64,000 nt of DNA from Chloroflexota bacterium (GTDB lineage: Bacteria > Chloroflexota > Dormibacteria > Dormibacterales > Dormibacteraceae), in the NCBI GenBank assembly GCA_005880945.1, contig VBIU01000082.1, positions 1,505 through 65,504 of the forward strand, in the 5' to 3' direction. Both the position numbers and the translations under genes were made by a program. The first letter of the stretch is position 1, and each line of letters begins with the position of its first letter. Positions 8,488 to 17,253 of this stretch are shown piece after piece. Under the pieces are notes generated by a model. The model did no database searches, was not told the DNA's origin, and saw only the letters and a program-made list of their open reading frames with translations.

Positions 8488-9435
8488 ATGGCAACTCCCG
8501 CCGAGTTCGACCAGATGATCAGCTCCGGGGAGCTGATCGAGTCACCCCGCGAGATGACCCCCGAGTACCTGCGCGAGCTCAAGCACACCCTCATCGTTTC
8601 CGGTGACACCGAGCTGATCTCGGCGCCCGCCTATTACCTCGCCGCGCAGAGGGCGCCGTCCATCAACGCGTTCATGACCGGCATCGCCATCATCCAGGAC
8701 GAGCTGGCTCACGCCCATATCGCGTATCACATCCTCGAAGAGCTCGGCGAGGACCAGGAGAAGCTCATCTTCAGCCGCGATCCGAAGAGCTTTCGCTATC
8801 CGTATGCCTTCGACGTCCCGCTCGACAGCTGGACCGAGCTCGTGGTCGCCAACGGCATGTACGACCAGGCGGGCTTCTGCCTGTTGGGCGACATTCACGA
8901 GAAGTGCTCGTACGGGCCCTGGAAGCGAGGGCTCAACAAGGTCATGGCCGAGGAGAACTTCCACCTGCGCAACGGGCGCACGTGGATGAAGCGCATCAGC
9001 CAGGCGGGCGGTTCGGCCAAGGACGAGCTCCAGCGGGCCGTCGACTGGATGTTCCCACTGAGCGTCGAGTGGTTCGGACTGCCCGACAGCCTGAAGATGC
9101 ATTCGACCCAGCTCGAGTACAGGCTCAAGGGCCTGACCAACGATCAGCTGCGACAGTGGTGGCTTTCGATGGTCGTTCCTTATTGCGAGCAGATCGGGAT
9201 CAAGGTCCCGTCGCACAAGGAAACGAAGGACGGCAAGGACGTGTGGGAGCTCGACTACCCGTTCCCTTGCGAGTTCGACGCCGAGGCGAAGCGGTGGGAT
9301 TTCAAGCAGCCGATCTCATGGGACGACGTGCTCGTGCGCTGGCGCAATCGCGGGCCGCGCAACGCCGAGATGGTGGCGATGTTCCAGGAGGAGTTCCACA
9401 AGTTCCGCAAGGCGCACCACCAGAACGGCTCATGA
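8488..9435 (+). CDS. paaA: PaaA-like di-iron oxygenase subunit (1,2-phenylacetyl-CoA epoxygenase subunit A family)
   Basis: Ferritin-like di-iron motifs (IIQDELAHAHIAYHILEELG, MAEENFHLRNG) and PaaA-like length. Clustered with PaaB/C/D-like genes. Confidence 0.8.
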   Translation: MATPAEFDQMISSGELIESPREMTPEYLRELKHTLIVSGDTELISAPAYYLAAQRAPSINAFMTGIAIIQDELAHAHIAYHILEELGEDQEKLIFSRDPKSFRYPYAFDVPLDSWTELVVANGMYDQAGFCLLGDIHEKCSYGPWKRGLNKVMAEENFHLRNGRTWMKRISQAGGSAKDELQRAVDWMFPLSVEWFGLPDSLKMHSTQLEYRLKGLTNDQLRQWWLSMVVPYCEQIGIKVPSHKETKDGKDVWELDYPFPCEFDAEAKRWDFKQPISWDDVLVRWRNRGPRNAEMVAMFQEEFHKFRKAHHQNGS

Positions 9436-9737
9436 CCCAGCGACTCTGGGACGCGCTCGGTGAAGTCCAGGATCCAGAGATGCCGGTCAACCTGGTCGAC
9501 CTCGGCGTGATCTATGGAATTACGGAGAGTGACGGGTTGGTCGAGGTTGACCTCACTTTCACGGCCATGGGTTGTCCCGCTTCCGATTTCATCCTGGAGG
9601 ATGTTCGCGAGCGCCTCCTGCGTGAAACCGGAGTACGCGAGGTGCGCATCAACGTGGTGTGGGACCCACCGTGGACAGTGGCACGAATGACGGAAGCGGG
9701 CCGCGACGCGCTCGAGGCTTGGGGCCTCGCGGTTTGA
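9432..9737 (+). CDS. DUF59/MIP18-family protein corresponding to the N-terminal domain of PaaD
   Basis: ATG 9432 overlaps the paaA stop (ATGA). DPEMPVNLVDLGVIYGI...VDLTFTAMGCPA...V.W.PPWT is the DUF59 signature. Confidence 0.8.
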   Translation: MTQRLWDALGEVQDPEMPVNLVDLGVIYGITESDGLVEVDLTFTAMGCPASDFILEDVRERLLRETGVREVRINVVWDPPWTVARMTEAGRDALEAWGLAV

Positions 9738-9952
9738 CCTACAGGCGCGTCAGCGGTGACGCTGTCGAGTACGAGGTCTTCGCGCGGAAGACCCGAGTCG
9801 AGCCCCTGCGCCAGGTCGGCAGCGTCGTCGCGCCCGACGACGACCTTGCGGTTGCTTACGCCCGCGCGACATACGACGAGGAGCGTTGGGTCGAGATGGC
9901 CATCGTACGCAAGGACGACATGATCGCCCTCTGGCAGCCGGGCGAACCATGA
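9734..9952 (+). CDS. paaB: PaaB-like subunit
   Basis: YEVFARKTRVEPLRQVGSV.A.DDDLA.AYAR..Y.EE.W.EM.IV resembles PaaB. The start is uncertain; TTG 9734 overlaps the preceding stop, while the track ORF begins at 9659. Confidence 0.7.
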   Translation: MTYRRVSGDAVEYEVFARKTRVEPLRQVGSVVAPDDDLAVAYARATYDEERWVEMAIVRKDDMIALWQPGEP

Positions 9953-10668
9953 GCATCTCCGACCTCGTGCTGAGCATCGCGGACAACAAGCAGATGCTGG
10001 GGCTTCGTTACGCGGAGTGGGCGACGCGCGCCCCCTCTTTGGAGGCCGACATCGCCGCGGCGGCGATGGGTCTCGACGACCTGGGCCACAGCCGGGTGCT
10101 CTACGGCTGCCTCGAGCCACTCGGCGCGGATCCTCGCGGGCCAGAGCGCGAAACAGACTCCGGCAGTCTGCGGGCCCTCGCCTACTTCGACGAGCCGTGG
10201 ACGGAATGGGCGCAGTTCGTCGCCGCCAACTCGATCCTCGACACCGCCTTCACGCTGATGATCGAGGCGTGTGTGAACGGCTCTGTCGAGGTGCTCCAGC
10301 ACCGGCTCAGGAAGATGCTCATGGAGGAGCGCTACCACTTCCTCCACGGCCGCAGCTGGCTCAAGTCTGGCGTGGACGAAGCACCTCTGAAGGCCGCCTG
10401 GCAGGAGGCGATCGAGTGGTTCGGACCTCCGGACGGCGACACCGCCGAGCATCATCGAGAGGGCCGGCTGAGCATGGGTCCGTCCGAGCTGCGCTCTCAG
10501 CTGGAGGAGAAGCTGGAGACCAAAGCGCCATCGATCCGCATCGAGTGGAAACGCTGGGACCCTTTGCGCCGGCGAAGCCGGCCCGGCGCGATCGATGAGC
10601 GCACGTTTGCGATGCTTCGCGGCCTCGAAGAGAAGAAGTTTGCAGTTGCGCCCGCGAAAGAAAGCTGA
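9949..10668 (+). CDS. paaC: PaaC-like subunit
   Basis: ATG 9949 overlaps the paaB stop (ATGA). ADNKQMLGLRYAEWATRAPSLEADIAAAAMGLDDLGHSRVLY and MEERYHFLHG are PaaC/PaaI-family helices. Confidence 0.75.
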   Translation: MSISDLVLSIADNKQMLGLRYAEWATRAPSLEADIAAAAMGLDDLGHSRVLYGCLEPLGADPRGPERETDSGSLRALAYFDEPWTEWAQFVAANSILDTAFTLMIEACVNGSVEVLQHRLRKMLMEERYHFLHGRSWLKSGVDEAPLKAAWQEAIEWFGPPDGDTAEHHREGRLSMGPSELRSQLEEKLETKAPSIRIEWKRWDPLRRRSRPGAIDERTFAMLRGLEEKKFAVAPAKES

Positions 10669-10825
10669 CCCCGAGCGGTCAGAGCCGCGGTCGGAGCCGC
10701 GCTGCCCGCACTGCTCTGCTCAAGAGGCTCAGGTGATCTCGCTGTTCGGGACGCAGGCGATGACGCTCCAGTACCGCTGCAGGCGCTGCGGCACGCTTTT
10801 CGAAGCGGTCAAGTACGCCGAGTAG
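10595..10825 (+). CDS. Zinc-ribbon protein corresponding to the C-terminal Cys module of PaaD
   Basis: CPHCSAQEAQVISLFGTQAMTLQYRCRRCGTLFEAVKY matches the PaaD C-terminal pattern CPxC...S.FG.T.C...YxCxxCxxxF..xK. The start is uncertain; the ATG at 10595 overlaps paaC by 74 nt. Confidence 0.6.
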   Translation: MSARLRCFAASKRRSLQLRPRKKADPERSEPRSEPRCPHCSAQEAQVISLFGTQAMTLQYRCRRCGTLFEAVKYAE

Positions 10826-10831
10826 GCCGAC

Positions 10832-11545
10832 TCACTCCTCATCATCCTCGGCCTCTTTTTCGACCCCGCCGGCTGCGCGTCGACGCCGGACGATGGTCAG
10901 CGGGATGCCCGCGACGACCACGCCGAGGATGAGGACGGCGACCGCGATCGGCAGCAGCTGGCTGGAGCCTGACCTCGACCGGCTGGTCGCGCCCGCGGGG
11001 TAGCCTGCAGCGAAGTACCCAAGCTGGAGCGTGGTCGTCTGGATCGTGAAAGGCTGGCCTTCCGTCCCGCCGATTGACTTCCACGGGCCGTTCGCGCCGA
11101 CCGCCAGGTAGACGAAGCTCGGTGCGGGCACGAGATCTGAGTAGCGCATCACCAGGTTTGCCCGCTTGACCAGTGGCGCGTCGGCCGTGATCAGGTAGGC
11201 GTTGGTGGCGAAGTGAAGGCTGTTCGGTGACGGAAAGTTCGTCTCCGGCGTGATGTCGACAGAGATGCTCGTCTTTCCAGTCACATCGAAGGCGCCCGGC
11301 AGGAATCCGATCACCACCTGGCCGTCCTCAGTGAATGCGGAGTTGGCGTCGCTCACCCCATCGATCACCTTGATGTCGAGGTGACCCGATCGCGGCGGAA
11401 GGTTGCCGGCGCGCGCCTGGGGCGGTGGCGAGGTCCAGTTGTATGGCTGGGGAGGTGTAAATCCATCGTAGAAACCGGGTGCGACCATCCAGGCGGCCGC
11501 CATGTAGATGGTGGCCGCGGCGCCGAGGAGGATGGGTCGCCTCAC
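10832..11545 (-). CDS. Hypothetical membrane-anchored protein (N- and C-terminal TM helices, acidic tail)
   Basis: GTG 11545 overlaps the upstream stop (GTGA). TM segments ILLGAAATIYMAAAWMV and LLPIAVAVLILGVVVAGIPL. No recognised domain. Confidence 0.55.
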   Translation of the reverse strand: MRRPILLGAAATIYMAAAWMVAPGFYDGFTPPQPYNWTSPPPQARAGNLPPRSGHLDIKVIDGVSDANSAFTEDGQVVIGFLPGAFDVTGKTSISVDITPETNFPSPNSLHFATNAYLITADAPLVKRANLVMRYSDLVPAPSFVYLAVGANGPWKSIGGTEGQPFTIQTTTLQLGYFAAGYPAGATSRSRSGSSQLLPIAVAVLILGVVVAGIPLTIVRRRRAAGGVEKEAEDDEE

Positions 11546-12099
11546 AACGCGAGGTCGGCGATGACATGGCCGACGATCGGCCCCACCAGGTCGCGGCATG
11601 CCCACCGCCAGAGGGCGAGCAGCAGGCCTGCAGCCGCCACGGCGCCGAGAAACTCGGGCGGATGCGACAGAGCGTGCGCTGCAGTCCACGCGGCGGTGCT
11701 GCCGACGATGGCAAGCGGCGCCCCGCCCGCTTCATCGAGCACGGCGTACAGCACGCCACGAAATGCCAGCTCCTGGGCGATGGAGATCGTGACAGCGGCC
11801 AGCGCCAGCGATGCCGGAAGGATTGGAGCGGAGCCTGCGCGCACTGCCGCCGGCAGCAGAAGGACGGCGGCGAGTGCAAGTCCGCCAAGGATCCGCAGCG
11901 CGATGCGCGACGTGCCGAGGCCGAGCCGCGTCGCCGGCCATCCGAACGCGGTCAGCACAAGGGCCACGCTCCCCAGAACGACGGCCGGCACTGCCGCTCC
12001 GGGTACGGTTGCGACGAGCGATCGGGTCCACTCGACCAGCAGGATGTAGGCGCAGATGACGGCTGCCCGCGCCACCGGGCGCGACGCAACGACCGACAT
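11542..12099 (-). CDS. CPBP-family intramembrane metalloprotease (CAAX protease/Abi family)
   Basis: ORF trimmed to ATG 12099. Motifs IAQELAFRGVLY, AAWTAAHAL and GHVIADL, in a multi-TM protein. Confidence 0.7.
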   Translation of the reverse strand: MSVVASRPVARAAVICAYILLVEWTRSLVATVPGAAVPAVVLGSVALVLTAFGWPATRLGLGTSRIALRILGGLALAAVLLLPAAVRAGSAPILPASLALAAVTISIAQELAFRGVLYAVLDEAGGAPLAIVGSTAAWTAAHALSHPPEFLGAVAAAGLLLALWRWACRDLVGPIVGHVIADLAL

Positions 12100-12106
12100 C
12101 AACGGC

Positions 12107-12946
12107 TCAGGCCTGAGATAGGCGCTCCGGCGCCGAGTAGACGTTGAAGCGATCTCCCTTGAGGAAGCCGACCAGAGTCTGGTTGAACTCGCGGGCCAAC
12201 GCGACCGCGAGACTCGAAGGGGCGCCAACCGCGGCCAGGACTGGGATGCCCGCGGTGATCGATTTCTGGACGATCTCGTATCCCGCGCGGCCGCTGACGA
12301 CAAGTACCGACTCACTTGCAGGCAGGGTCTTATCGAGGAGACCACGTCCGACCACCTTGTCGACGGCGTTGTGGCGCCCGATATCTTCGCGCAGCCGGAT
12401 CAGCTCACCTGTGGATGTGAACAGACCCGCGGCATGGAGCCCGCCCGTGCGATCGAAGACGCCCTGGCCGGAACGCAACGTATCGACCAGGCCGGGCAGG
12501 AGCGCCGGGTCGATGGCTGGGCCTGGAGGGAGCAGCGCGAGATCGCGCCTCAGGTCCTCGATCATGACGGTGCCGCAGACCCCGCAAGCCGAGCTGGACA
12601 GCATGGAACGCTCCGGCTTCCGGCGAGACTTGCCGTCCAACACGACGTCGACCTGGTTCGACTCCACCAGTACGGACTCCACAGCGACCCCGTCGTCGTT
12701 CTCTCCCGCTTCGGCGCTGATGCGGATCGACCGGACGTCATCGATCGCGCGCACGATGCCCTCCGCAAACATCAGACCCAGGCAGAGCTCGATGTCGTTG
12801 CCGGGTGTGCGCATGACGACCGACAGCGCCTCGCCGTCAAGCATCAGCTGCAGCGGCTCCTCGGTGACCACCATGTCCGGCGACTCCGTCCACCGGCCCG
12901 AAGCCCAGCGGCGGATTCGCAGGCCGGGAGCGGAGGGCTTGGCCAC
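12107..12946 (-). CDS. fdhD: FdhD formate dehydrogenase accessory sulfurtransferase
   Basis: VTEEPLQLMLDG, MRTPGNDIELCLGLMFAEGIV, SSACGVCG, GGLHAAGLF, EDIGRHNAVDK and SGRAGYEIVQK motifs. GTG 12946 shares 1 nt with the upstream TAG. Confidence 0.85.
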   Translation of the reverse strand: MAKPSAPGLRIRRWASGRWTESPDMVVTEEPLQLMLDGEALSVVMRTPGNDIELCLGLMFAEGIVRAIDDVRSIRISAEAGENDDGVAVESVLVESNQVDVVLDGKSRRKPERSMLSSSACGVCGTVMIEDLRRDLALLPPGPAIDPALLPGLVDTLRSGQGVFDRTGGLHAAGLFTSTGELIRLREDIGRHNAVDKVVGRGLLDKTLPASESVLVVSGRAGYEIVQKSITAGIPVLAAVGAPSSLAVALAREFNQTLVGFLKGDRFNVYSAPERLSQA

Positions 12947-13830
12947 TATGCCTGGGCCACGCGAAGGTGGCGGGCGGAGCGCGGCACGGCGGTCGCAATG
13001 GCGAATCCTCGCCATGAAGTCACACGCTCGGGCCGCAGCTCCACGACTGTCGGAATGTCGGCCGGATTGATCGCGTACCGCTCGCCGATGCCGGATCCAT
13101 CGGTTGTGGCGCCGAAGGTTCCTCGTACGCACGCGCCGACCATCAACGAAGGCCGGAATCGATGATGCGACTCGACCACGAGCGCCCCCACTGAACCGGA
13201 ACGCACCCGGCCTGCGCTGGGCGCGAGCGTCACCTCGCCACGTTCCACCTCCCACAACGCGGGGCGGATCACCGGCATTCCGCCCTCGAGCCAGCACGCG
13301 TAGCCTCGCGGCACGCCGGCCAGCCGACGGCTGACCTCCGCCGGCACCGCCGGCACACGTGCGGCCTGCGCGGCAGGAAAGGGCGGGACCTCCATGAGCT
13401 CGGCATCGCTCGCACGCAATCGCAGCACCACCCGGTTGTACGGCAGCCATTCGCGAGGGATGTGCGTAAGGTCGAGCAGGTAGCCGGCGAAGTAGGGAGC
13501 GTTCTTGAGCGCATAGCCTGCCATGCCGAGAAAGTAGCCAGGACCGTCGAGCACCGCGCGAACCTGGCTCGACACGGACAGCGGGTCATACGCCTCCAGT
13601 GCGCCACGGAGCAGCAGGGCTTGCGACCCACCGTCCACCAGAAACGCGGCGCGTGGGTCACGCTTGGCACTCAGGATCTTGGCCGCATAGCGCGAGGTCG
13701 TCATCCACAGCGATCCGGAGGCGAAGTGGAAAGCGGCAGGGTTGACCAGCGGCAGCCGCCCCGCGCGTAGAGCCAGCATCCCGATCGGCGTGCGGCCGAG
13801 GACCGCCTGCGCCTCGTTGTTCAATCGCAC
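12946..13830 (-). CDS. Pyridoxamine 5'-phosphate oxidase-like (FMN/F420-binding split-barrel) family protein, two-domain
   Basis: N-terminal LALRAGRLPLVNPAAFHFASGSLWMTTSRYAAK...DPRAAFLVDGG resembles PNPOx-like split-barrel proteins. The assignment is motif-level only. Confidence 0.5.
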   Translation of the reverse strand: MRLNNEAQAVLGRTPIGMLALRAGRLPLVNPAAFHFASGSLWMTTSRYAAKILSAKRDPRAAFLVDGGSQALLLRGALEAYDPLSVSSQVRAVLDGPGYFLGMAGYALKNAPYFAGYLLDLTHIPREWLPYNRVVLRLRASDAELMEVPPFPAAQAARVPAVPAEVSRRLAGVPRGYACWLEGGMPVIRPALWEVERGEVTLAPSAGRVRSGSVGALVVESHHRFRPSLMVGACVRGTFGATTDGSGIGERYAINPADIPTVVELRPERVTSWRGFAIATAVPRSARHLRVAQA

Positions 13831-13870
13831 GAACCAACTCTAGGACCCGAAGCCACCGCGGCGAGCGCGC

Positions 13871-14314
13871 TCAGGCTTCCAGGATCAGGCGGATTTGTTC
13901 CATTGCGCTCTGCAGCCTCCGGCGGACGACCCAGTCCAGGCGCCCGGCCACCGCCGCCCCGAGCATCGCCGCCGGGGGTGTGTATGCGATGCGCAGCACG
14001 ATGTGCACGCCTCCCGCCACCTCGGTGAACTTGAAGCCCCCTTCCTGCTTGACCAGGCCCGACTCAGACAACCAACCGATCTCGTGCGGACGGCGCCACC
14101 GGTTCAAGCGCAAGACGCTCTTCAGAGGAAATCCCAGCGCCACCATCTCGACGTCGTAGCGAGCGCCGACGCCCTGCGACTTCGACCCGATCGGCTCCCA
14201 CTTGCTGATCCCCTCGAGCACGGCGGCGACGTGGCGGTGATCGGCGAAGTAATCGAAAGCACGCTCAGGCGAGCACTTGATGGTGACCGCAGCGGTGAAC
14301 TCGAGTCGAGCCAT
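13871..14314 (-). CDS. SRPBCC-superfamily protein (polyketide cyclase/START-like)
   Basis: 147 aa. The MARLEFTAAVTIKCSPERAFDYFADHRH... start and overall pattern are typical of Polyketide_cyc2 proteins. Confidence 0.65.
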   Translation of the reverse strand: MARLEFTAAVTIKCSPERAFDYFADHRHVAAVLEGISKWEPIGSKSQGVGARYDVEMVALGFPLKSVLRLNRWRRPHEIGWLSESGLVKQEGGFKFTEVAGGVHIVLRIAYTPPAAMLGAAVAGRLDWVVRRRLQSAMEQIRLILEA

Positions 14315-14466
14315 TTGCCCAAGATAGTGTCCCCATTCGGGGGTCGGCCGAAAGTCGCCGGATCGGCGCCCGAGATCAAGGCGCCGGCGAGCAACGCAGC
14401 GCGCATGTCGGTCGACCTGTAAGCGAGTAGCGGAGCCGGCAACGCGGATATCGGGCGCCTAGCCGG

Positions 14467-15279
14467 ATGAACCCGAAGGGTGCCACGGGCACCGCGCAGC
14501 GCTGCCCCTGGCATTTCGGTCGAGCCTCCGAAGGGGGACACTACGTGTCAGTGCGCTGGACGGGCGGGACGGTTGCGATCGATGACTCGGTTGCGATGCC
14601 CAACACTGTCAGCGGCCGAACTCTTCGCGATTCCTTCTGGGCGGACGTTGAGAGCCTCACCTTCGGCCTCGCGCGCCGCCGGGGCGATTCGGTGTGCCTC
14701 GGCCCGTTCGAGATGATCCGCCTGGGACCGGCCGCCGTCACGCGGCGCGGCGTCAAGTGGCCGATCGAAGGCGGCCTTCTCGCGCGGGCGCCGGGCGGCC
14801 GTTTGCGCTTCGAGACCCTCTACGGGCGGCTGGTGGCATCCGTCGAGGGTTACCAACCGATGCTCCCGCGCGCCCTCTACGTGCTGACCCAGCTCCCGGT
14901 CCACCACCTATGGACGCGGATGCATCTGCTTCGTGTGCGTGGGAGGCAGCCCGCACCCGGCGTGCCCGTCGACCCTGCGACACGCCTCGCCGCGGCGGTG
15001 ATCGACGCAGGTGTGTGTATCGCGGTGGCGGCGGTGGCGGGACGGCACCGGCGGTTAGGCGTGTTGTTGGGTTTCACCGCCGGGTACCACGTGGCCTGCT
15101 GGAGCGGGTCAGGCCGCACGCTTGGCGGAGCGATCATGAAACAGCGCGTGGTCGCGGTGGATGGCTCGCGCGTGACCGCCGGCCAGGCGGCCTTGCGACT
15201 GGTGGCGCTCCCGCTGGTCGCATTGTCGCGACGCAACTTACATGATGAGATTTCCGGGACCGACGTCGTCGCGGATTAG
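14467..15279 (+). CDS. RDD-family membrane protein with an uncharacterised N-terminal domain
   Basis: C-terminal RLAAAVIDAGVCIAV...TLGGAIMKQRVV..DGSR.T.GQAALR resembles the RDD domain. Start uncertain. Confidence 0.5.
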   Translation: MNPKGATGTAQRCPWHFGRASEGGHYVSVRWTGGTVAIDDSVAMPNTVSGRTLRDSFWADVESLTFGLARRRGDSVCLGPFEMIRLGPAAVTRRGVKWPIEGGLLARAPGGRLRFETLYGRLVASVEGYQPMLPRALYVLTQLPVHHLWTRMHLLRVRGRQPAPGVPVDPATRLAAAVIDAGVCIAVAAVAGRHRRLGVLLGFTAGYHVACWSGSGRTLGGAIMKQRVVAVDGSRVTAGQAALRLVALPLVALSRRNLHDEISGTDVVAD

Positions 15280-15288
15280 GATTTCACA

Positions 15289-16683
15289 GTGGCCCCAGGC
15301 GTCGATCTCGTCATCTTCGGCGCCTCAGGCGACCTTGCTCAGCGCAAGATCCTGCCTTCGCTGAAGCGCTTCGCCAACCGCGACGGGATGCCGCTCAGGG
15401 TGGTGGGCGTCGGGCGCACTGCGCAATCGACGGCCCATTTTCGCGACGTGGTGAGGAAGTCGAGTGGGAGCCAGCGGCTGGCCGCGACCGCGGAGTGGGC
15501 CCGCCTCGACTACAGGACGCAAGCCACCTTCTCGGGTTTGAAGAAGCTGCTTTCGGGGGCCGGAAATGTGATCTTCTACCTGGCCACGCCACCCGAGACG
15601 TTCAGCGACATCATCCGTGCGCTCGGCCAGTCAGGCCTGACGACTCGAGGCGACCCCGCGCGACGGATCGTGGTCGAAAAGCCGCTCGGCCATGACCTGG
15701 AGTCGGCTCGCAAGCTCGACGCGCAGCTGGCGAAGGCGTTCGAGGAGACGCAAATCTTTCGCATCGACCACTACCTGGCCAAGGACACGGTTCAGAACGT
15801 GCTCGCGTTCAGATTCTCGAACTCACTCTTCGAACCGGTGTGGAACCGCAACCTCGTAGAGACGATCCAGATCACAGCAGCCGAGAGGGAGGGCATCGGC
15901 AAACGGGCGGGCTATTACGACCAGACAGGGGCGGTCCGCGACATCATTCAGAACCACGTGCTCCAGCTTCTGGCTCTGGTCACCATGGAGCCGCCGACCA
16001 CGTTCGACGCCGAGTACGTGCGCCGCGCCAAGCGTGCGGCGCTGCGCGCGATGTCGCCGATCAATCCGAGCTATGCAGTCCGCGGCCAGTACATGGGCTA
16101 TCTCGACGAGGACGCCGTTGCCAACGATTCGAGGCGCGAGACCTACGCCGCCGCTCGCCTGTCGATCGAGAACTGGCGATGGGATGGAGTGCCGATCTTT
16201 GTACGCACGGGCAAGGCGCTCCAGCGAAGGGTCACAGAGGTCGTCATCAAGCTGCGCGACGCCCCGCATCTGAGGATTGGGGGTAATCGCCAGCGCGGAA
16301 TTCCCTCGCTGATCGTGATCCGCATCCAACCCGACGAAGGAATCACGATCCGGATCGGCGCAAAGCGGCCTGGGACGCGGTTCGAGATGGTGCCCGCCGG
16401 CATGAAGCTCGACTACAAAGGCTTGACCAGGGCGCCGCTGCCGGACGCTTACGAGAACGTGCTGTCGGAGGTGCTGGCGGGCGGTCACTCCGCATTTCCC
16501 GGGGCCGAGGAGATCGAGCTGCAATGGGAGATCGTCGATCCGCTCATCAAAGCATGGGAGTCTGAAGGACATCCCGAACCCTACGCGCGAGGCTCGTGGG
16601 GCCCGCAAGCCGCCGACGACCTGGTCGCCTCGGGTGGCGGGGGGCGATGGATTGTGAGCGGAGACGAGCCGGGCACGGACTAG
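15289..16683 (+). CDS. zwf: Glucose-6-phosphate dehydrogenase
   Basis: VIFGASGDLAQRKILPSL (NADP site), RIDHYLAKDTVQN (active-site motif) and EPYARGSWGP at the C-terminus. GTG start. Confidence 0.95.
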   Translation: MAPGVDLVIFGASGDLAQRKILPSLKRFANRDGMPLRVVGVGRTAQSTAHFRDVVRKSSGSQRLAATAEWARLDYRTQATFSGLKKLLSGAGNVIFYLATPPETFSDIIRALGQSGLTTRGDPARRIVVEKPLGHDLESARKLDAQLAKAFEETQIFRIDHYLAKDTVQNVLAFRFSNSLFEPVWNRNLVETIQITAAEREGIGKRAGYYDQTGAVRDIIQNHVLQLLALVTMEPPTTFDAEYVRRAKRAALRAMSPINPSYAVRGQYMGYLDEDAVANDSRRETYAAARLSIENWRWDGVPIFVRTGKALQRRVTEVVIKLRDAPHLRIGGNRQRGIPSLIVIRIQPDEGITIRIGAKRPGTRFEMVPAGMKLDYKGLTRAPLPDAYENVLSEVLAGGHSAFPGAEEIELQWEIVDPLIKAWESEGHPEPYARGSWGPQAADDLVASGGGGRWIVSGDEPGTD

Positions 16684-16709
16684 CCCGCGTCCACGTCATA
16701 CCTGCGCTG

Positions 16710-16740
16710 AAAGAAAAAGGGGGCAGCGTTCGCTGCCCCC
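16710..16740 (-). terminator. Rho-independent terminator of the 16757-17158 gene (may also stop zwf read-through)
   Basis: Stem GGGGGCAGCG/CGCTGCCCCC followed on the minus strand by TTTTTCTTT. Lies 16 nt after the minus-strand stop. Confidence 0.85.
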
Positions 16741-16756
16741 TTGGACGCGACTTGTC

Positions 16757-17158
16757 TTAGGCCTTGTGGGCCATGGTGTTGCTGGTGCTCATCCAGAGCT
16801 GGCTCTTGTTGGGGTAGAGCCAAAGGAGCATCGCGGCGACGATGATCGAGATCAAGAACGGAACGATGTCGAACTTGCTGACAGTGATCTGGTTGAAGAC
16901 CTGGTAGATGACCTCGAAGATGGCGTAAAGAATCAAAGCGCGGACCCAGCTCACGTTTCCTTCGGGGTCAAATCCCGCGATCATGACGCCGGCCCCAAAC
17001 GCGATTCCGGCGACGGAAGCCGATACGCCGGCCCACGTGTCGAAGTCGAAAAAGGTGCCACCAATGAAGCCCAGCCCTGAGCCCATAACTATCAATAAGC
17101 CCATGAACCACATCAAGAGCTTCAACGCCAGCGGGTTCCACTTAGCCACTAGTAGCAT
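16757..17158 (-). CDS. Hypothetical 4-TM membrane protein (lower GC than surroundings)
   Basis: 133 aa, GGAGGA RBS, hydrophobic segments (LLMWFMGLLIVMGSGLGFIGG, VAGIAFGAGVMIAGF, ALILYAIFEVIY, VPFLISIIVAAMLLWLY). No recognised family. Confidence 0.6.
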   Translation of the reverse strand: MLLVAKWNPLALKLLMWFMGLLIVMGSGLGFIGGTFFDFDTWAGVSASVAGIAFGAGVMIAGFDPEGNVSWVRALILYAIFEVIYQVFNQITVSKFDIVPFLISIIVAAMLLWLYPNKSQLWMSTSNTMAHKA

Positions 17159-17218
17159 TCCTCCATGTCGACCGCGGTTTGATAACGGATTGGTTAATCA
17201 GCGGTCTTTTCATGCCAA

Positions 17219-17247
17219 CTTGTACCTTGTTTGCACGGTTCTTGCAA
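17219..17247 (-). promoter_or_regulatory. Candidate sigma-70-type promoter for the 16757-17158 gene
   Basis: On the minus strand, TTGCAA-N17-TACAAG lies about 60 nt upstream of the ATG. Confidence 0.3.
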
Positions 17248-17253
17248 GGTTAC

